From Acidimicrobiales bacterium (GTDB lineage: Bacteria; Actinomycetota; Acidimicrobiia; Acidimicrobiales; AC-9), in NCBI GenBank assembly GCA_051985455.1, contig JBPYEI010000102.1, positions 5,356-69,355 on the forward strand: DNA of 64,000 nucleotides, given 5' to 3'. A model generated the notes under the pieces. That model had not been told where the DNA came from and did no database searches. It worked only from the letters and a program-made list of their open reading frames with translations. This document shows positions 1 to 9,245 of the stretch, in pieces. A program made the position numbers and the translations under genes. How positions within the stretch are numbered: the stretch's first letter is position 1; every line of letters begins with the position of its first letter.

Positions 1-416
1 CCGCGCTGGTTGAATCCCTTGGACTCGACCGTCACGATGCCCCGGTCGTCCTTGGAGCGCGAGGGCACGACGTCGAGAACCCGGGTCTCGGCGTAGATGG
101 TGTCGCCGTGAAAGGTCGGGCGGCGATGGACGAGTGACTCGACCTCGAGATTGGCGATGCAGGAGCCGCTGATGTCCGGGACGCTCATGCCGAGCACGAG
201 CGAGTAGACGAGATTGCCGACGACCACGTTCTTGCCATGCACGGTCTCGTGCTCGGCGAACCACACGTTGGTGTGCAACGGGTGGTGGTTCATCGTGATC
301 ATGCAGAACAGATGATCGTCGTACTCGGTGATCGTCTTGCCCGGCCAGTGCCGGAAGACATCACCGATGGCGAAGTCCTCGAGGTAGCCCCCGAAGGGGC
401 GTTCGTGGACCGTCAT
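1..416 (-). CDS. MaoC-like (R)-specific enoyl-CoA hydratase/dehydratase; the C-terminus runs off the window edge
   Basis: My own reverse translation from the ATG at 416-414 gives MTVHERPFGGYLEDFAIGDVFRHWPGKTITEYDDHLFCMITMNHHPLHTNVWFAEHETVHGKNVVVGNLVYSLVLGMSV...GDTIYAETRVLDVVPSRSKDDRGIVTVESKG, a hot-dog MaoC pattern. It is absent from the ORF track because no stop lies in the window. ATGA overlap with the upstream ORF (413-416). Confidence 0.8.
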   Translation of the reverse strand, partial: MTVHERPFGGYLEDFAIGDVFRHWPGKTITEYDDHLFCMITMNHHPLHTNVWFAEHETVHGKNVVVGNLVYSLVLGMSVPDISGSCIANLEVESLVHRRPTFHGDTIYAETRVLDVVPSRSKDDRGIVTVESKGFNQR

Positions 417-844
417 GGGGCCGGGACCGACGGCCTGGTGCTGAACCCGAGCTCCCAGCTCTCGTTCGTCTCCCCGTCGATGCTGAGCCTCCACGTGTAG
501 CGCGAGCCCGGCGCCAGGGGCACGGGGCCGAGGTTGACGGCCAGGGCGACGTCGCTCGGGCTGCCCTCCGGCACGCCGGTGGGCCGTCCAACGTGGAAGT
601 CGCCGCGCACCTCGACGGGACGAGGTCCCTCGGGCGTGTCGATGTTGACGTCCCGCCCGTCCGCGTCGACCAGGTACAGCTCCCAGTGGTGGGGCTGGAG
701 CGCCTCGTGCCAACCGACCTCGATCTTCAGGGCGACGGCTGAGGGGGCGGGTTCGGGGCCGATCATGCTCCATCCCGCTCCGAGGATGAACAACTTTCCG
801 TCTGCCACCTGGGCGGAGTCGCACAGCAGCATGGTCACCTTCAC
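413..844 (-). CDS. Conserved hypothetical protein, function unknown
   Basis: 143-aa ORF with non-artefactual composition (MKVTMLLCDSAQVADGKLFILGAGWSMIG...). GTG start at 844. Its stop overlaps the MaoC start (ATGA). I recognise no motif. Confidence 0.55.
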   Translation of the reverse strand: MKVTMLLCDSAQVADGKLFILGAGWSMIGPEPAPSAVALKIEVGWHEALQPHHWELYLVDADGRDVNIDTPEGPRPVEVRGDFHVGRPTGVPEGSPSDVALAVNLGPVPLAPGSRYTWRLSIDGETNESWELGFSTRPSVPAP

Positions 845-934
845 GAGCCGCCACCGTAGCCCGGGCTCCAGAGGCGCTCGCTCCGGACGGCCCGGCCGCG
901 GGCGATCGGGCCAGAGGGGCCGGCGCGCCGACCC

Positions 935-2128
935 TCAGAGCGCGTGGCGGCGGAGCAGCCCGCGCGCGATCACCAGACGCTGGATCTCGTTCGTCCCCTC
1001 GCCGATGATCATGAGGGGGGCGTCCCGGTAGTAGCGCTCCACCGGGAGCTCGGTGCTGTACCCGTAGCCGCCGTGGATGCGCATCGACTCGGTGGCGATC
1101 TCGAGGGCGGCCTCGGAGGCGAAGAGCTTCGCCATGCCCGCTTCCACGTCGGCCCGCTCACCGGCGTCGAGCTTCTCTGCCGCCGAGCGGGTCAGCAGGC
1201 GAGCCGCCTCCAGCTTGGTCGCCATGTCAGCCAGCTTGAACTGGATCGCCTGGTGGCGGGCGATCGGCCCACCGAACGCCTCGCGCTGCTGGGCGTAGCG
1301 GATGGCGGCGTCGAAGGCCGCGCCGGCGACACCACATGCGCGCGCGGCGATGTTCACCCGGCCGAGCTCGAGGGCACCCAGGATCTGGGGCAGGCCCTTG
1401 CCCAGCCCCGCATCTCCCCCAAGCACGACGTCGACGGGGACCACGTGGCCGTCGTAGGACATCTCGACCGTCTCGATGCCCTTGTAGCCCAGCTTTCCGA
1501 TCCGCTGGGAGACAGTGATGCCGCCCGAGCGGGGGCCGGGCTCCTTCTCGACGATGAAGCAGGTGATGCCTTCCGGTGCCCGCGCCGCCAGGGCCACCAA
1601 CCCGGCCCGCTCGCCGTTGGTGACCCACATCTTGGTGCCGTCCAGCACGTAGGTATCACCGTCCCGCCGGGCCCGGCAGCGGAGCGAGGCCGTGTCGCTG
1701 CCGGCGTCGGGTTCGCTGAGCGACAACGCGCCGCGGAGCTCGCCCGTTGCCAGGCGAGGGAGCCACCGCGAACGCTGCTCGGACGTGCCGTGCTGATCGA
1801 GGAGTGTGGCGACGATCATGTGGGTGTTGAGGACGCCCGTGAGCGACATCCACCCCGTGGCCAGCTCGGCCACGATCCGGGCGTACGTCACGGTGTCCAG
1901 TCCCAGTCCTCCGTGCTCGACCGGCACCATGCACCCGAACAGCCCCAGCTCCCGCATCGCCTCCACCAGGTCGTCGGGATAAGCGTCAGCGTGCTCGAGC
2001 TCGCTGGCGACCGGAACGACCTCCTTGGCGACGAACGTGCGCACGGCCTCGACCAGATCGTCGGCAACCGCTGGATCGGTTCGGCTCGACACGGCCGACA
2101 GGCTACCTTCGGGCATGCCTGCGCTCAT
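935..2128 (-). CDS. Acyl-CoA dehydrogenase (standard ~400 aa type)
   Basis: Lies inside the 653-aa track ORF. The real start is MSAGMPEGS at 2128 (alternative ATG at 2116). ACAD motifs: LSEPDAGSD, KMWVTNG, IHGGYGY, EGTNEIQRLVIAR. The upstream extension is antisense to the methyltransferase gene. Confidence 0.9.
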   Translation of the reverse strand: MSAGMPEGSLSAVSSRTDPAVADDLVEAVRTFVAKEVVPVASELEHADAYPDDLVEAMRELGLFGCMVPVEHGGLGLDTVTYARIVAELATGWMSLTGVLNTHMIVATLLDQHGTSEQRSRWLPRLATGELRGALSLSEPDAGSDTASLRCRARRDGDTYVLDGTKMWVTNGERAGLVALAARAPEGITCFIVEKEPGPRSGGITVSQRIGKLGYKGIETVEMSYDGHVVPVDVVLGGDAGLGKGLPQILGALELGRVNIAARACGVAGAAFDAAIRYAQQREAFGGPIARHQAIQFKLADMATKLEAARLLTRSAAEKLDAGERADVEAGMAKLFASEAALEIATESMRIHGGYGYSTELPVERYYRDAPLMIIGEGTNEIQRLVIARGLLRRHAL

Positions 2129-2173
2129 CGGCGAACCTGCGATCAACGAGCTGATCGACGCGGTACGAGCGGC

Positions 2174-2821
2174 ATGACCGAGCTGGGTCTGCGAAATGAC
2201 GTCTATCGCCGTCCCCTGGCCACCGCCCTCGAACGGCTGGGCGTCGGAGAAGGCTGGCGCTGTGTCGATGTCGGCGCCGGCGGGGGTGACGTGAGCGTCG
2301 CCCTGGCCGAGATCGTGGGGCGTACCGGACGGGTGTACGCCGTCGACAACGACCCCAGCGCCCGGGACGAGGTCGCCCGGAGGGCGGCGGCACACGCCCA
2401 GGTGCTGGCCATCACGCAGGCGGGAGAGGACCTGCTGCTGCCCGAACCGGTGGACCTCGCCTTCTGCCGGTTCCTGCTCATGCACGTGGTGGAGCCCGTC
2501 GCCGTGCTGAGCCGGATGGCCAAGGCGGTGCGTGACGGCGGGTGGGTGGTCGCCCAGGAGCCGATCACGAGCGCCGGCCGGGTCGCGGGAAGGCCCTTGT
2601 CGATGCCCGACGCCCCGCATCCGGACGTCGGGGCGCTGCTGCCGGGTCTGGTTGGCCGTGCCGGCCTGGACCTGTTGGACGCCTGGGCGGAAGCCCCTGC
2701 CGGAGCCGGCCCCGGTCCGGTCACGGGCTATCTCACCACGCTCACCGAAGTCGACCCCGGAGACGACCCGGTCGTCCTGCCGCCACTCGTCACCGTCCTG
2801 GCCCGCCGGGAGGATCGGTAA
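2174..2821 (+). CDS. Class I SAM-dependent methyltransferase
   Basis: MTELGLRND...CVDVGAGGGDVSVALAE...VYAVDNDP (motif I, GxGxG type). ATG at 2174. Divergent from the ACAD gene, with a 45-bp spacer. Confidence 0.8.
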   Translation: MTELGLRNDVYRRPLATALERLGVGEGWRCVDVGAGGGDVSVALAEIVGRTGRVYAVDNDPSARDEVARRAAAHAQVLAITQAGEDLLLPEPVDLAFCRFLLMHVVEPVAVLSRMAKAVRDGGWVVAQEPITSAGRVAGRPLSMPDAPHPDVGALLPGLVGRAGLDLLDAWAEAPAGAGPGPVTGYLTTLTEVDPGDDPVVLPPLVTVLARREDR

Positions 2822-2831
2822 CCTGCGCGGC

Positions 2832-4436
2832 GTGATCCCGCCCGATCTGGACGCCGCCGCCGTCGTCGTCGAGCAGGCAACGGTGGCAGTCCACACGGCC
2901 GCCCGGCAGCTGGCGTCACGCGGCGGCCCCGACGAGCACCAGGTCGTCGCCTACGACCTCGCGCACGCGGCGGCGTCGGTCGAGTGCGCCCGAGCCATGC
3001 TCGACTACGGCGCCAAGGGAGAGATCGAGGCCATACTCGCCTGCGCCTTCGTCGCCGACGCGGTCTACGACCTGCTCGCCCGCACCCTCGGCCGTGAGGA
3101 CGAGTGGGGGACCGAGCCGGGCGGCCTGGACGCCACCTTGCCATTCGTGCGTGCGTACCGGTCGCCTTCGGTGCTCGCCGACCTGGCCGGGGAGGAGGGG
3201 CCCCGGCACCTCGACGCCGATTTCGAGATGGTGCAAGACACGTTTCGCCGGTTCGCCGAGGAGCAGATCTGGCCCGTGGCCGAGGCGGTGCACCGTCACA
3301 ACGAGGACATCCCCGAAGAGATCATCTCCGGTCTGGCCGAGATGGGCGCCTTCGGCCTATCGGTGCCGGCCGAGTACGGCGGGTTCGCGGCGGGCGGGGA
3401 GAGCGACTACATGGGAATGGTCGTGGCCACCGAGGAGCTGTCGCGGGGATCGCTCGGCGCCGGCGGCTCGCTCGTGACCCGGCCCGAGATCCTCACCCGC
3501 GCCCTCGTCAAGGGAGGGACCGAGGACCAGAAGCGGTACTGGCTCCCGAAGCTCGCCAGCGGCGAGGCCATGGCGGCGGTGGCCGTGACCGAGCCGGACT
3601 TCGGCTCCGACGTCGCCGGCATCAAGCTCACGGCGACGCGCCGCGACGGCGGCTGGGCCATCGACGGGGTCAAGACCTGGTGCACGTTCGCGGCGCGCGC
3701 CGACGTGCTCATGCTGCTGGCCCGAACCGATCCGGACCGCTCCAAGGCCCACCGCGGGCTCTCGCTCTTCGTCGTCCCCAAGCCTCGCGGTGACGGTCAC
3801 GGGTTCGTGCTCACCCAGGACCCGGCCGCCGAAGGTCGGACGGGCCCGGCCGGACGTCTCGAGGGCCGCCCCATTGACACCCTCGGCTACCGCGGCATGC
3901 ACTCCTACGAGCTCGCCTTCGAGGGTTGGTGGGTCCCCGACGACTGCCTCATCGGCGAGGCCGAGGGCGAGGGTCGGGGCTTCTACTTCCAGATGGAGGG
4001 GTTCGAGAACGGGCGGCTCCAGACCGCCGCGCGCGCCCTGGGCGTGATGCAGGCCGCCTACGAGGCCGCCCACGCCTACGCCGCCGATCGCGTCGTGTTC
4101 GGCTCCCCCGAGCTCGACTACGAGCTCACCCGCGTCAAGCTCGCCCGCATGGCGGTCATCATCCAGGCGAGCCGCCAGTTCGCCTACCAGGTGGCCCGGC
4201 TGATGGCCAAGGGCGAGGGAGCCCTCGAGGCATCCATGATCAAGGCGTACGTGTGCCGGGCGGCCGAGTGGGTGACGCGCGAGGCGATGCAGATCCACGG
4301 TGGCATGGGCTACGCCGAGGAGTACCCGGTGAGCCGGTACTTCGTCGACGCCAGGGTCCTGTCGATCTTCGAGGGCGCCGACGAGACACTCGCCCTCAAG
4401 GTCATCGCCCGCCGGCTGGTGGGCTCGGGCGCGTGA
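2832..4436 (+). CDS. Long-form acyl-CoA dehydrogenase with ~150-aa N-terminal helical extension
   Basis: GTG at 2832, in frame and 10 nt after the methyltransferase stop. ACAD core motifs: VTEPDFGSD, KTWCTFA, IHGGMGYAEEYPVSRYFVDARVLSIFEGADE. The N-terminal ~150 aa and the insertion GDGHGFVLTQDPAAEGRTGPAGRLEG are absent from minimal ACADs. Confidence 0.85.
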   Translation: MIPPDLDAAAVVVEQATVAVHTAARQLASRGGPDEHQVVAYDLAHAAASVECARAMLDYGAKGEIEAILACAFVADAVYDLLARTLGREDEWGTEPGGLDATLPFVRAYRSPSVLADLAGEEGPRHLDADFEMVQDTFRRFAEEQIWPVAEAVHRHNEDIPEEIISGLAEMGAFGLSVPAEYGGFAAGGESDYMGMVVATEELSRGSLGAGGSLVTRPEILTRALVKGGTEDQKRYWLPKLASGEAMAAVAVTEPDFGSDVAGIKLTATRRDGGWAIDGVKTWCTFAARADVLMLLARTDPDRSKAHRGLSLFVVPKPRGDGHGFVLTQDPAAEGRTGPAGRLEGRPIDTLGYRGMHSYELAFEGWWVPDDCLIGEAEGEGRGFYFQMEGFENGRLQTAARALGVMQAAYEAAHAYAADRVVFGSPELDYELTRVKLARMAVIIQASRQFAYQVARLMAKGEGALEASMIKAYVCRAAEWVTREAMQIHGGMGYAEEYPVSRYFVDARVLSIFEGADETLALKVIARRLVGSGA

Positions 4437-4442
4437 GCGCCG

Positions 4443-5159
4443 TCAGCCCTCCACCGTGAGGCCGCGCAGGTAGAACCAGTAGGTCCTCCAGCGCACGACA
4501 CCGGTGAGCGGCACGGACAGCAGCGTCCAGAACATCTCCCAGGTACGCCGGTAGCCCTCGAGGCGGCCCAGCTTCTCGCGCTTGGTGCGGTGGGTCACTC
4601 CCCGCATGATCCGCGCCGTGGTCGGCAGGTGGCCCTCGGCGACGACCTCGTTGATCATGATCTCGATCGTGTAGCCATCCCGCTTCTCGGGCGGGATCGC
4701 CTCGAAGACCCAACGGGGCAGGGCGCGCTCGCCTGTCGTCGGTGGCAACCGGAGCACGAGCGGGTTCCAGGCGCCGTAGTCGAACCAGCCCACCGACATC
4801 GTGGCGCGCCCCTCGACTAAGGGCCGGCAGACCTCGTCGAGGTGCTCGGCCGTGAGCCCGAGCAGATCCGCATCGACGAAGAGCAGCGCCGGAGCATCAG
4901 AGGCGGCGACACCGGCTTCCATGGCGTGAGCCTTCGAGCCACCATGGTCGCCGCCAGCGTCGTCGCGATGAATGACCTTGGCGCCTGCGGCCGCCGCCCG
5001 ATCACCGGTGTCGTCGACCGAGCCGTCGTCGACGACGATCACCTCGCGCACGGCGGAGCACCGCCGACACGCATCCACCACGGTCGCTACCGTCGGCGCC
5101 TCGTTGCGGGCCGGCACCACGGCGTCCATGACGACCGGTTGGGGCGGGCGGTCAGGCAC
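4443..5159 (-). CDS. Glycosyltransferase family 2
   Basis: VVPARNEAPTV...VIVVDDGSVDDT...LLFVDADL (DxD region), typical of GT2. Convergent with the ACAD gene across a 6-bp gap. Confidence 0.8.
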   Translation of the reverse strand: MPDRPPQPVVMDAVVPARNEAPTVATVVDACRRCSAVREVIVVDDGSVDDTGDRAAAAGAKVIHRDDAGGDHGGSKAHAMEAGVAASDAPALLFVDADLLGLTAEHLDEVCRPLVEGRATMSVGWFDYGAWNPLVLRLPPTTGERALPRWVFEAIPPEKRDGYTIEIMINEVVAEGHLPTTARIMRGVTHRTKREKLGRLEGYRRTWEMFWTLLSVPLTGVVRWRTYWFYLRGLTVEG

Positions 5160-5182
5160 GGGTTCGGCGCCGGCGACCCGCG

Positions 5183-6121
5183 CTAGTTGGGGCTGGGCGT
5201 CAGCCCTGCTCGCTCCCCCCTGGCGACGAACTTGACGGCCATCTTGCGGCTGGCCTCGTCGATCATCTCGTCACCGAACATCACCGCGCCCTTGCGCTCG
5301 TCCTCGGTCGCCTGACGGTAGGCGGCGAGGATGGCGAGGGCCCGGTCGTACTGCTCCTGGGTCGGCGAGAAGACCTCGTTGAGGACGTTCACCTGGTCGG
5401 GGTTGAGCGCCCACTTGCCGTCGTAGCCGAGCGTCCGCGCCCGGTTGCAGTACTGCCTGAGCGCGTCCAGCTCCCGGATCTTGAGGAACGGACCGTCGAT
5501 GACCTGGAGGCCGTTGGCCCGACCGGCCATGAGAATCTTCGAGAGCACGTAGTGGAAGTGATCGCCGGGGTACTCGGGGATCGACACCCCGCCGGTCAGG
5601 ACCGGCATCTCCATGGACGCAGCGAAGTCCGCCGGGCCGAAGACGATGGTCTCCAGCCGCGGCGACGCGGCGCAGATCTCCTCGACGTTGATGAGGCCCC
5701 GGGTGGTCTCGATCTGTGCCTCGATGCCGATGTGACCGGCTGGGAGCCCGGCGTTGACCTCCACCTGAGTGAGCAGGAGATCGAGGGCGACGATCTCGGC
5801 CGCCGACTGCGTCTTCGGCAGCATGACCTCGTCGAGGCGCTCCCCCGCGTTGCCCACGACCTCGATCACGTCGCCGTAGGTCCACTTCGTGTCCCAGGCG
5901 TTGACCCGGACGCACATCACCCGCTCGCCCCAGTCGTGGTTCTTGATGGCGTCGACGACCTTGGCCCGTGCCGACTCCTTCTCGAGGGGCGCGACCGAGT
6001 CCTCGAGGTCGAGAAACGTCATGTCTGCCGGCACCTCGGGGCCCTTCTCGAGGAACCGCTCGTTCGAGCCGGGCACGGACAGGCAGGACCGGCGAGGCAG
6101 ATCTCTGGATCGCGCTGACAT
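5183..6121 (-). CDS. CitE/HpcH-family acyl-CoA lyase (malyl-/citramalyl-/citryl-CoA lyase beta-like)
   Basis: RSCLSVPGSNERFLEKG...DMTFLDLEDSVAP...GIEAQIET...FGPADFAASM, the CitE-like pattern. Confidence 0.85.
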   Translation of the reverse strand: MSARSRDLPRRSCLSVPGSNERFLEKGPEVPADMTFLDLEDSVAPLEKESARAKVVDAIKNHDWGERVMCVRVNAWDTKWTYGDVIEVVGNAGERLDEVMLPKTQSAAEIVALDLLLTQVEVNAGLPAGHIGIEAQIETTRGLINVEEICAASPRLETIVFGPADFAASMEMPVLTGGVSIPEYPGDHFHYVLSKILMAGRANGLQVIDGPFLKIRELDALRQYCNRARTLGYDGKWALNPDQVNVLNEVFSPTQEQYDRALAILAAYRQATEDERKGAVMFGDEMIDEASRKMAVKFVARGERAGLTPSPN

Positions 6122-6159
6122 GTACCGGATGCTACGGGCGCCCCCGCCCCGCCGCCAAG

Positions 6160-6837
6160 CTAGCCGCCCAGTTCGTCCCGGAAGAACACCAGCAGCTTCT
6201 CCCAGGCTTCCCGGGCTGCGGTCGTGTCATACACCTCGGTCCGGCGGTCGTCGAAGAACGCGTGCCGGGTTCCCGGATAGATGTACATGCGCGCCCGCTT
6301 GCCGAGAGCGGTGAGCGTGTTCTCCAGCTCCTGTGCCGCCTTCATGCCTCCGCCATCGTCCTTCTCGGCGAAGTGGCCCTGAACGGCGCCGGTGAGCTTC
6401 GAGTAGTCAGGCCCGAGCTCGGGCCAGGGCACGACCGGGTAGAAGGCACTGACGGCCCGCACCGCGTCCGGACGCTCGCCGGCCAGGAGCAGCGCCAACC
6501 CGCCTCCAGCCCCGAACCCGACGACACCCACTCCGTGGCCGGACGAGCGCGCCCTTGTCTCGTCGACGGCGCCACTCAGGTCGGCGACGGCCCGCTCGAT
6601 GCCCTCCGCCCTCAACCTCTCCACAACGGCGTCCGGCTCGGCGACACCCTCGCCATGAGCGAGATCGGGGGCCAGAGCCACGAAGCCTTGGGCGGCGAGG
6701 CGGTCGCACAGCTCCTTGATGTGATCGACCAGGCCCCAGTACTCCTGGATGACGACGACGCCGGGACCGGCCCCCTCGGTTGCCAGGTAGCCCGGCGCGG
6801 TCGTGCCGATGCTCACGAACTCGATGATCTCGCCCAT
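6160..6837 (-). CDS. Dienelactone hydrolase family protein
   Basis: GPGVVVIQEYWGLVDHIKELCDRLAAQGFVALAPDL...GVVGFGAGG...YPGTRHAF, a DLH alpha/beta hydrolase pattern. Confidence 0.85.
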   Translation of the reverse strand: MGEIIEFVSIGTTAPGYLATEGAGPGVVVIQEYWGLVDHIKELCDRLAAQGFVALAPDLAHGEGVAEPDAVVERLRAEGIERAVADLSGAVDETRARSSGHGVGVVGFGAGGGLALLLAGERPDAVRAVSAFYPVVPWPELGPDYSKLTGAVQGHFAEKDDGGGMKAAQELENTLTALGKRARMYIYPGTRHAFFDDRRTEVYDTTAAREAWEKLLVFFRDELGG

Positions 6838-6890
6838 GAACCGGGGACGCTAGTGGGGCGTCGGGCCAGGCGCGAGCGCGCCCCAACCGC

Positions 6891-7697
6891 TCAGCCGACC
6901 TGTCTCAGCAGCTCGGGGGTCACCGGGCACTCGGACCGCTTGGCGGCGTCGGCCGGAGTCTCTGGTCCGTCCGGCCCGACCACCTGCCCGGCGAGATCGA
7001 GAGGAACCAGCTCCTCGTCGCGGTCCCACGGATGCTCGCGCCCGCTCTCCACGCGGCGACGCATCGCATCCCCGAGGCGAGGAGGCAGCACCCGGCCGGT
7101 GCCGGCCACCACCCAGACCGGTACCTTCGCCTCCCGGGCCACACTGGCAGCCGCCCGTGACCCCGACACGGCGACGAACTGTCCGACGGTCAGCACCGAC
7201 GCCTCCAGCAGGACCAGCTCGGCAGCGACGACCGCGCTGGCCAGCCCCGACTCAGGCACCTCGCACACCTCCACACCCGACGAACGCAGTCGGCGGGTCA
7301 GGCTGGTGGCCTCGCCCAAGGCGTCGACCAACAGGACCCGGAGGTCGCCGCGTCGAGCCAACGCCCGCCCCACCAGCTCGGGCCAGCCCAGCACCGCCAC
7401 CGTCGCCTCCGCTGGAAGCAGATCGGCGAGCATGTCGGGCGTGTTGTCGGACTCGAGCTCGTCGGCCACCTTCCACCCTTCTTGACGAGGATCGGAAGCT
7501 GCGAGCATTCGACACGCCAGCCACCAGACCGGACCCGCAGTCGGATGCCGGTCGACCAGTCGTCGACATGCCGTGACGAGCGCGGCCGGGTCGTCGCCGA
7601 ACCCCGCCAACGCCTGGGCCGCCTCCGCCGCGAGCAACGTGGGACCGGCTCCATCCGCCCTGGCCACGTACCGAAGCCGCTCGATGGGGTGCACCAC
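6891..7697 (-). CDS. Hypothetical protein, possibly eIF-2B alpha/beta/delta-like fold
   Basis: 268-aa ORF, GTG start. IERLRYVAR...VLGWPELVGRAL...LLVDALGE...VLLEASVL...VWVVAGTGRVLP resembles the IF-2B family Rossmann-like layout. This is a weak call made from memory. Confidence 0.45.
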   Translation of the reverse strand: MVHPIERLRYVARADGAGPTLLAAEAAQALAGFGDDPAALVTACRRLVDRHPTAGPVWWLACRMLAASDPRQEGWKVADELESDNTPDMLADLLPAEATVAVLGWPELVGRALARRGDLRVLLVDALGEATSLTRRLRSSGVEVCEVPESGLASAVVAAELVLLEASVLTVGQFVAVSGSRAAASVAREAKVPVWVVAGTGRVLPPRLGDAMRRRVESGREHPWDRDEELVPLDLAGQVVGPDGPETPADAAKRSECPVTPELLRQVG

Positions 7698-7736
7698 GGC
7701 GACCTTACCAACGGCGACTCCCGGGCCGGCCGGTCG

Positions 7737-9143
7737 TCAGCGCAGGATGCCGCCTCGCGTCATGGCCTCGATGTCCAGGGCCTTGTCGACCTCGTCCTCA
7801 CTCAGCGGCCCCAGCTCCAGCACGACCGTCCGCAGGTCCTTGCCCTCGGCGATCGCCTGCTTGACGACTCTGGCCGCCTGCTCGTAGCCGATGTAGGGAT
7901 TGAGGGCGGTGGCGATGGCGGGCGACGACAGCGCGTACGTCCGACATTGCTCCTCGTTGGCCTCGATGCCCGCTACGCACTTGTCGGTCAGGGCCCGGCT
8001 GGCCGATGTCAGAAGACGAATCGACTCGAGCAGGTTGCGGGCGATCACGGGCAGCATGACGTTGAGCTCGAAGTTCCCCGCCGCACCTCCGAAGGCCACC
8101 GCGGCGTCGTTGCCGATGACCTGCGCGACCACCTGGCACACGGCTTCCGGCACGACGGGGTTGACCTTCCCCGGCATGATCGAGGATCCCGGTTGCAGGT
8201 CGGGCAGTCGGATCTCGGCCAGCCCGGCGCGCGGCCCGCTCGCCATCCAGCGCAGGTCGTTGCAGATCTTGTAGAGCGACACCGCCACGGTGCGGAGCAC
8301 ACCTGACGCCTCGACCAGCGAGTCGCGCGTGCCCTGCACCTCGAAGTGGTCCCGCGCCTCGGTCAGCGGCAGTCCGAGCGTGGTGGCCAGCTCGTCGATC
8401 ACTGCAGAGGCGAAGCCCTCCGGCGCGTTGAGGCCCGTTCCGACGGCCGTTCCCCCGAGCGGGAGCTCGCCGACACGCGGCAGAGAGTCGTTCAGCCGTC
8501 GGACGCCGTTGCCGACGGCTGCCGCGTAGCCACCGAACTCCTGGCCCAGTGTCACCGGGGTGGCATCCATCAGGTGCGTCCGCCCGGCCTTCACGACGCG
8601 GGCGAACCGGCGGCTGCGATCGGTGAGCGCCTGTGCGAGGTGCTCGAGGGCGGGGATGAGGTTGAACACGATCCCGCGGCTCGCGGCGACATGAATGGCC
8701 GAAGGGAACACGTCGTTGGACGATTGCGACGCGTTGGGCTCGTCGTTCGGTCGGATCTCACGGCCCAGACGTTCGCCCGCCAGGTTGGCCAGCACCTCGT
8801 TCATATTCATGTTCGAGGAGGTGCCCGACCCGGTCTGGAACACGTCGATCGGAAACTGGTCGTCCCACTCTCCCTCGGCCACCTCTGTCGCCATTCGTCG
8901 CAGGGCGTCGGCCACGTCGCCGTCGATGATCCCCAACCGGCCGTTGACCGCCGCAGCTGCCGCCTTGATTGCCGCCAGAGCGGCGATCAGCGAGCGGTCG
9001 ATCCGCATGCCCGAGATGGGGAAGTTCTCGACCGCCCGCTGCGTCTGAGCCCCCCAACGGGCGGCGGCCGGGACCCGGACCTCGCCCATCGAGTCGTGCT
9101 CGATTCTGTACTCGCCACCGCTGGACACGTCGCTCATGCTCAC
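7737..9143 (-). CDS. fumC: Class II fumarate hydratase
   Basis: [34 protein letters not shown] plus the signature [11 protein letters not shown]. 468 aa. Confidence 0.9.
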   Translation of the reverse strand: MSMSDVSSGGEYRIEHDSMGEVRVPAAARWGAQTQRAVENFPISGMRIDRSLIAALAAIKAAAAAVNGRLGIIDGDVADALRRMATEVAEGEWDDQFPIDVFQTGSGTSSNMNMNEVLANLAGERLGREIRPNDEPNASQSSNDVFPSAIHVAASRGIVFNLIPALEHLAQALTDRSRRFARVVKAGRTHLMDATPVTLGQEFGGYAAAVGNGVRRLNDSLPRVGELPLGGTAVGTGLNAPEGFASAVIDELATTLGLPLTEARDHFEVQGTRDSLVEASGVLRTVAVSLYKICNDLRWMASGPRAGLAEIRLPDLQPGSSIMPGKVNPVVPEAVCQVVAQVIGNDAAVAFGGAAGNFELNVMLPVIARNLLESIRLLTSASRALTDKCVAGIEANEEQCRTYALSSPAIATALNPYIGYEQAARVVKQAIAEGKDLRTVVLELGPLSEDEVDKALDIEAMTRGGILR

Positions 9144-9245
9144 GGACGGTAGCGCTGGGCGCTGGCACTGCGGACGCCCAGCTGGTCACCCGTTTTCTGG
9201 TGGTTTGCACACGTATGTGTCCGGAGCCTAGATTGCTGGCCCGTC

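Noticed and set aside
935-2896. The 653-aa extent of the first acyl-CoA dehydrogenase ORF (similar over-extensions at 17288-20080, 20352-22169, 28120-29082, 30003-31238, 31174-32610, 33474-34631, 34289-35290, 37072-38031, 38925-41258, 48194-49180, 48577-50211, 50221-51756, 51989-52507 and 55271-56077)
   Set aside because: The N-terminal extensions overlap neighbouring real genes or low-GC3 spacers. In each case an internal ATG/GTG start lies at or overlapping the upstream stop and reproduces the normal family length.
9144-9245. Possible cyclic-di-AMP (ydaO-type) riboswitch upstream of the NlpC/P60 hydrolase, as seen before cell-wall hydrolase genes in some Actinomycetota
   Set aside because: The spacer is only ~100 nt. 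I could not find the paired ACGGGGA/GGGUGAAUC-type conserved blocks or a pseudo-symmetric fold. I treat it as an ordinary promoter/leader.
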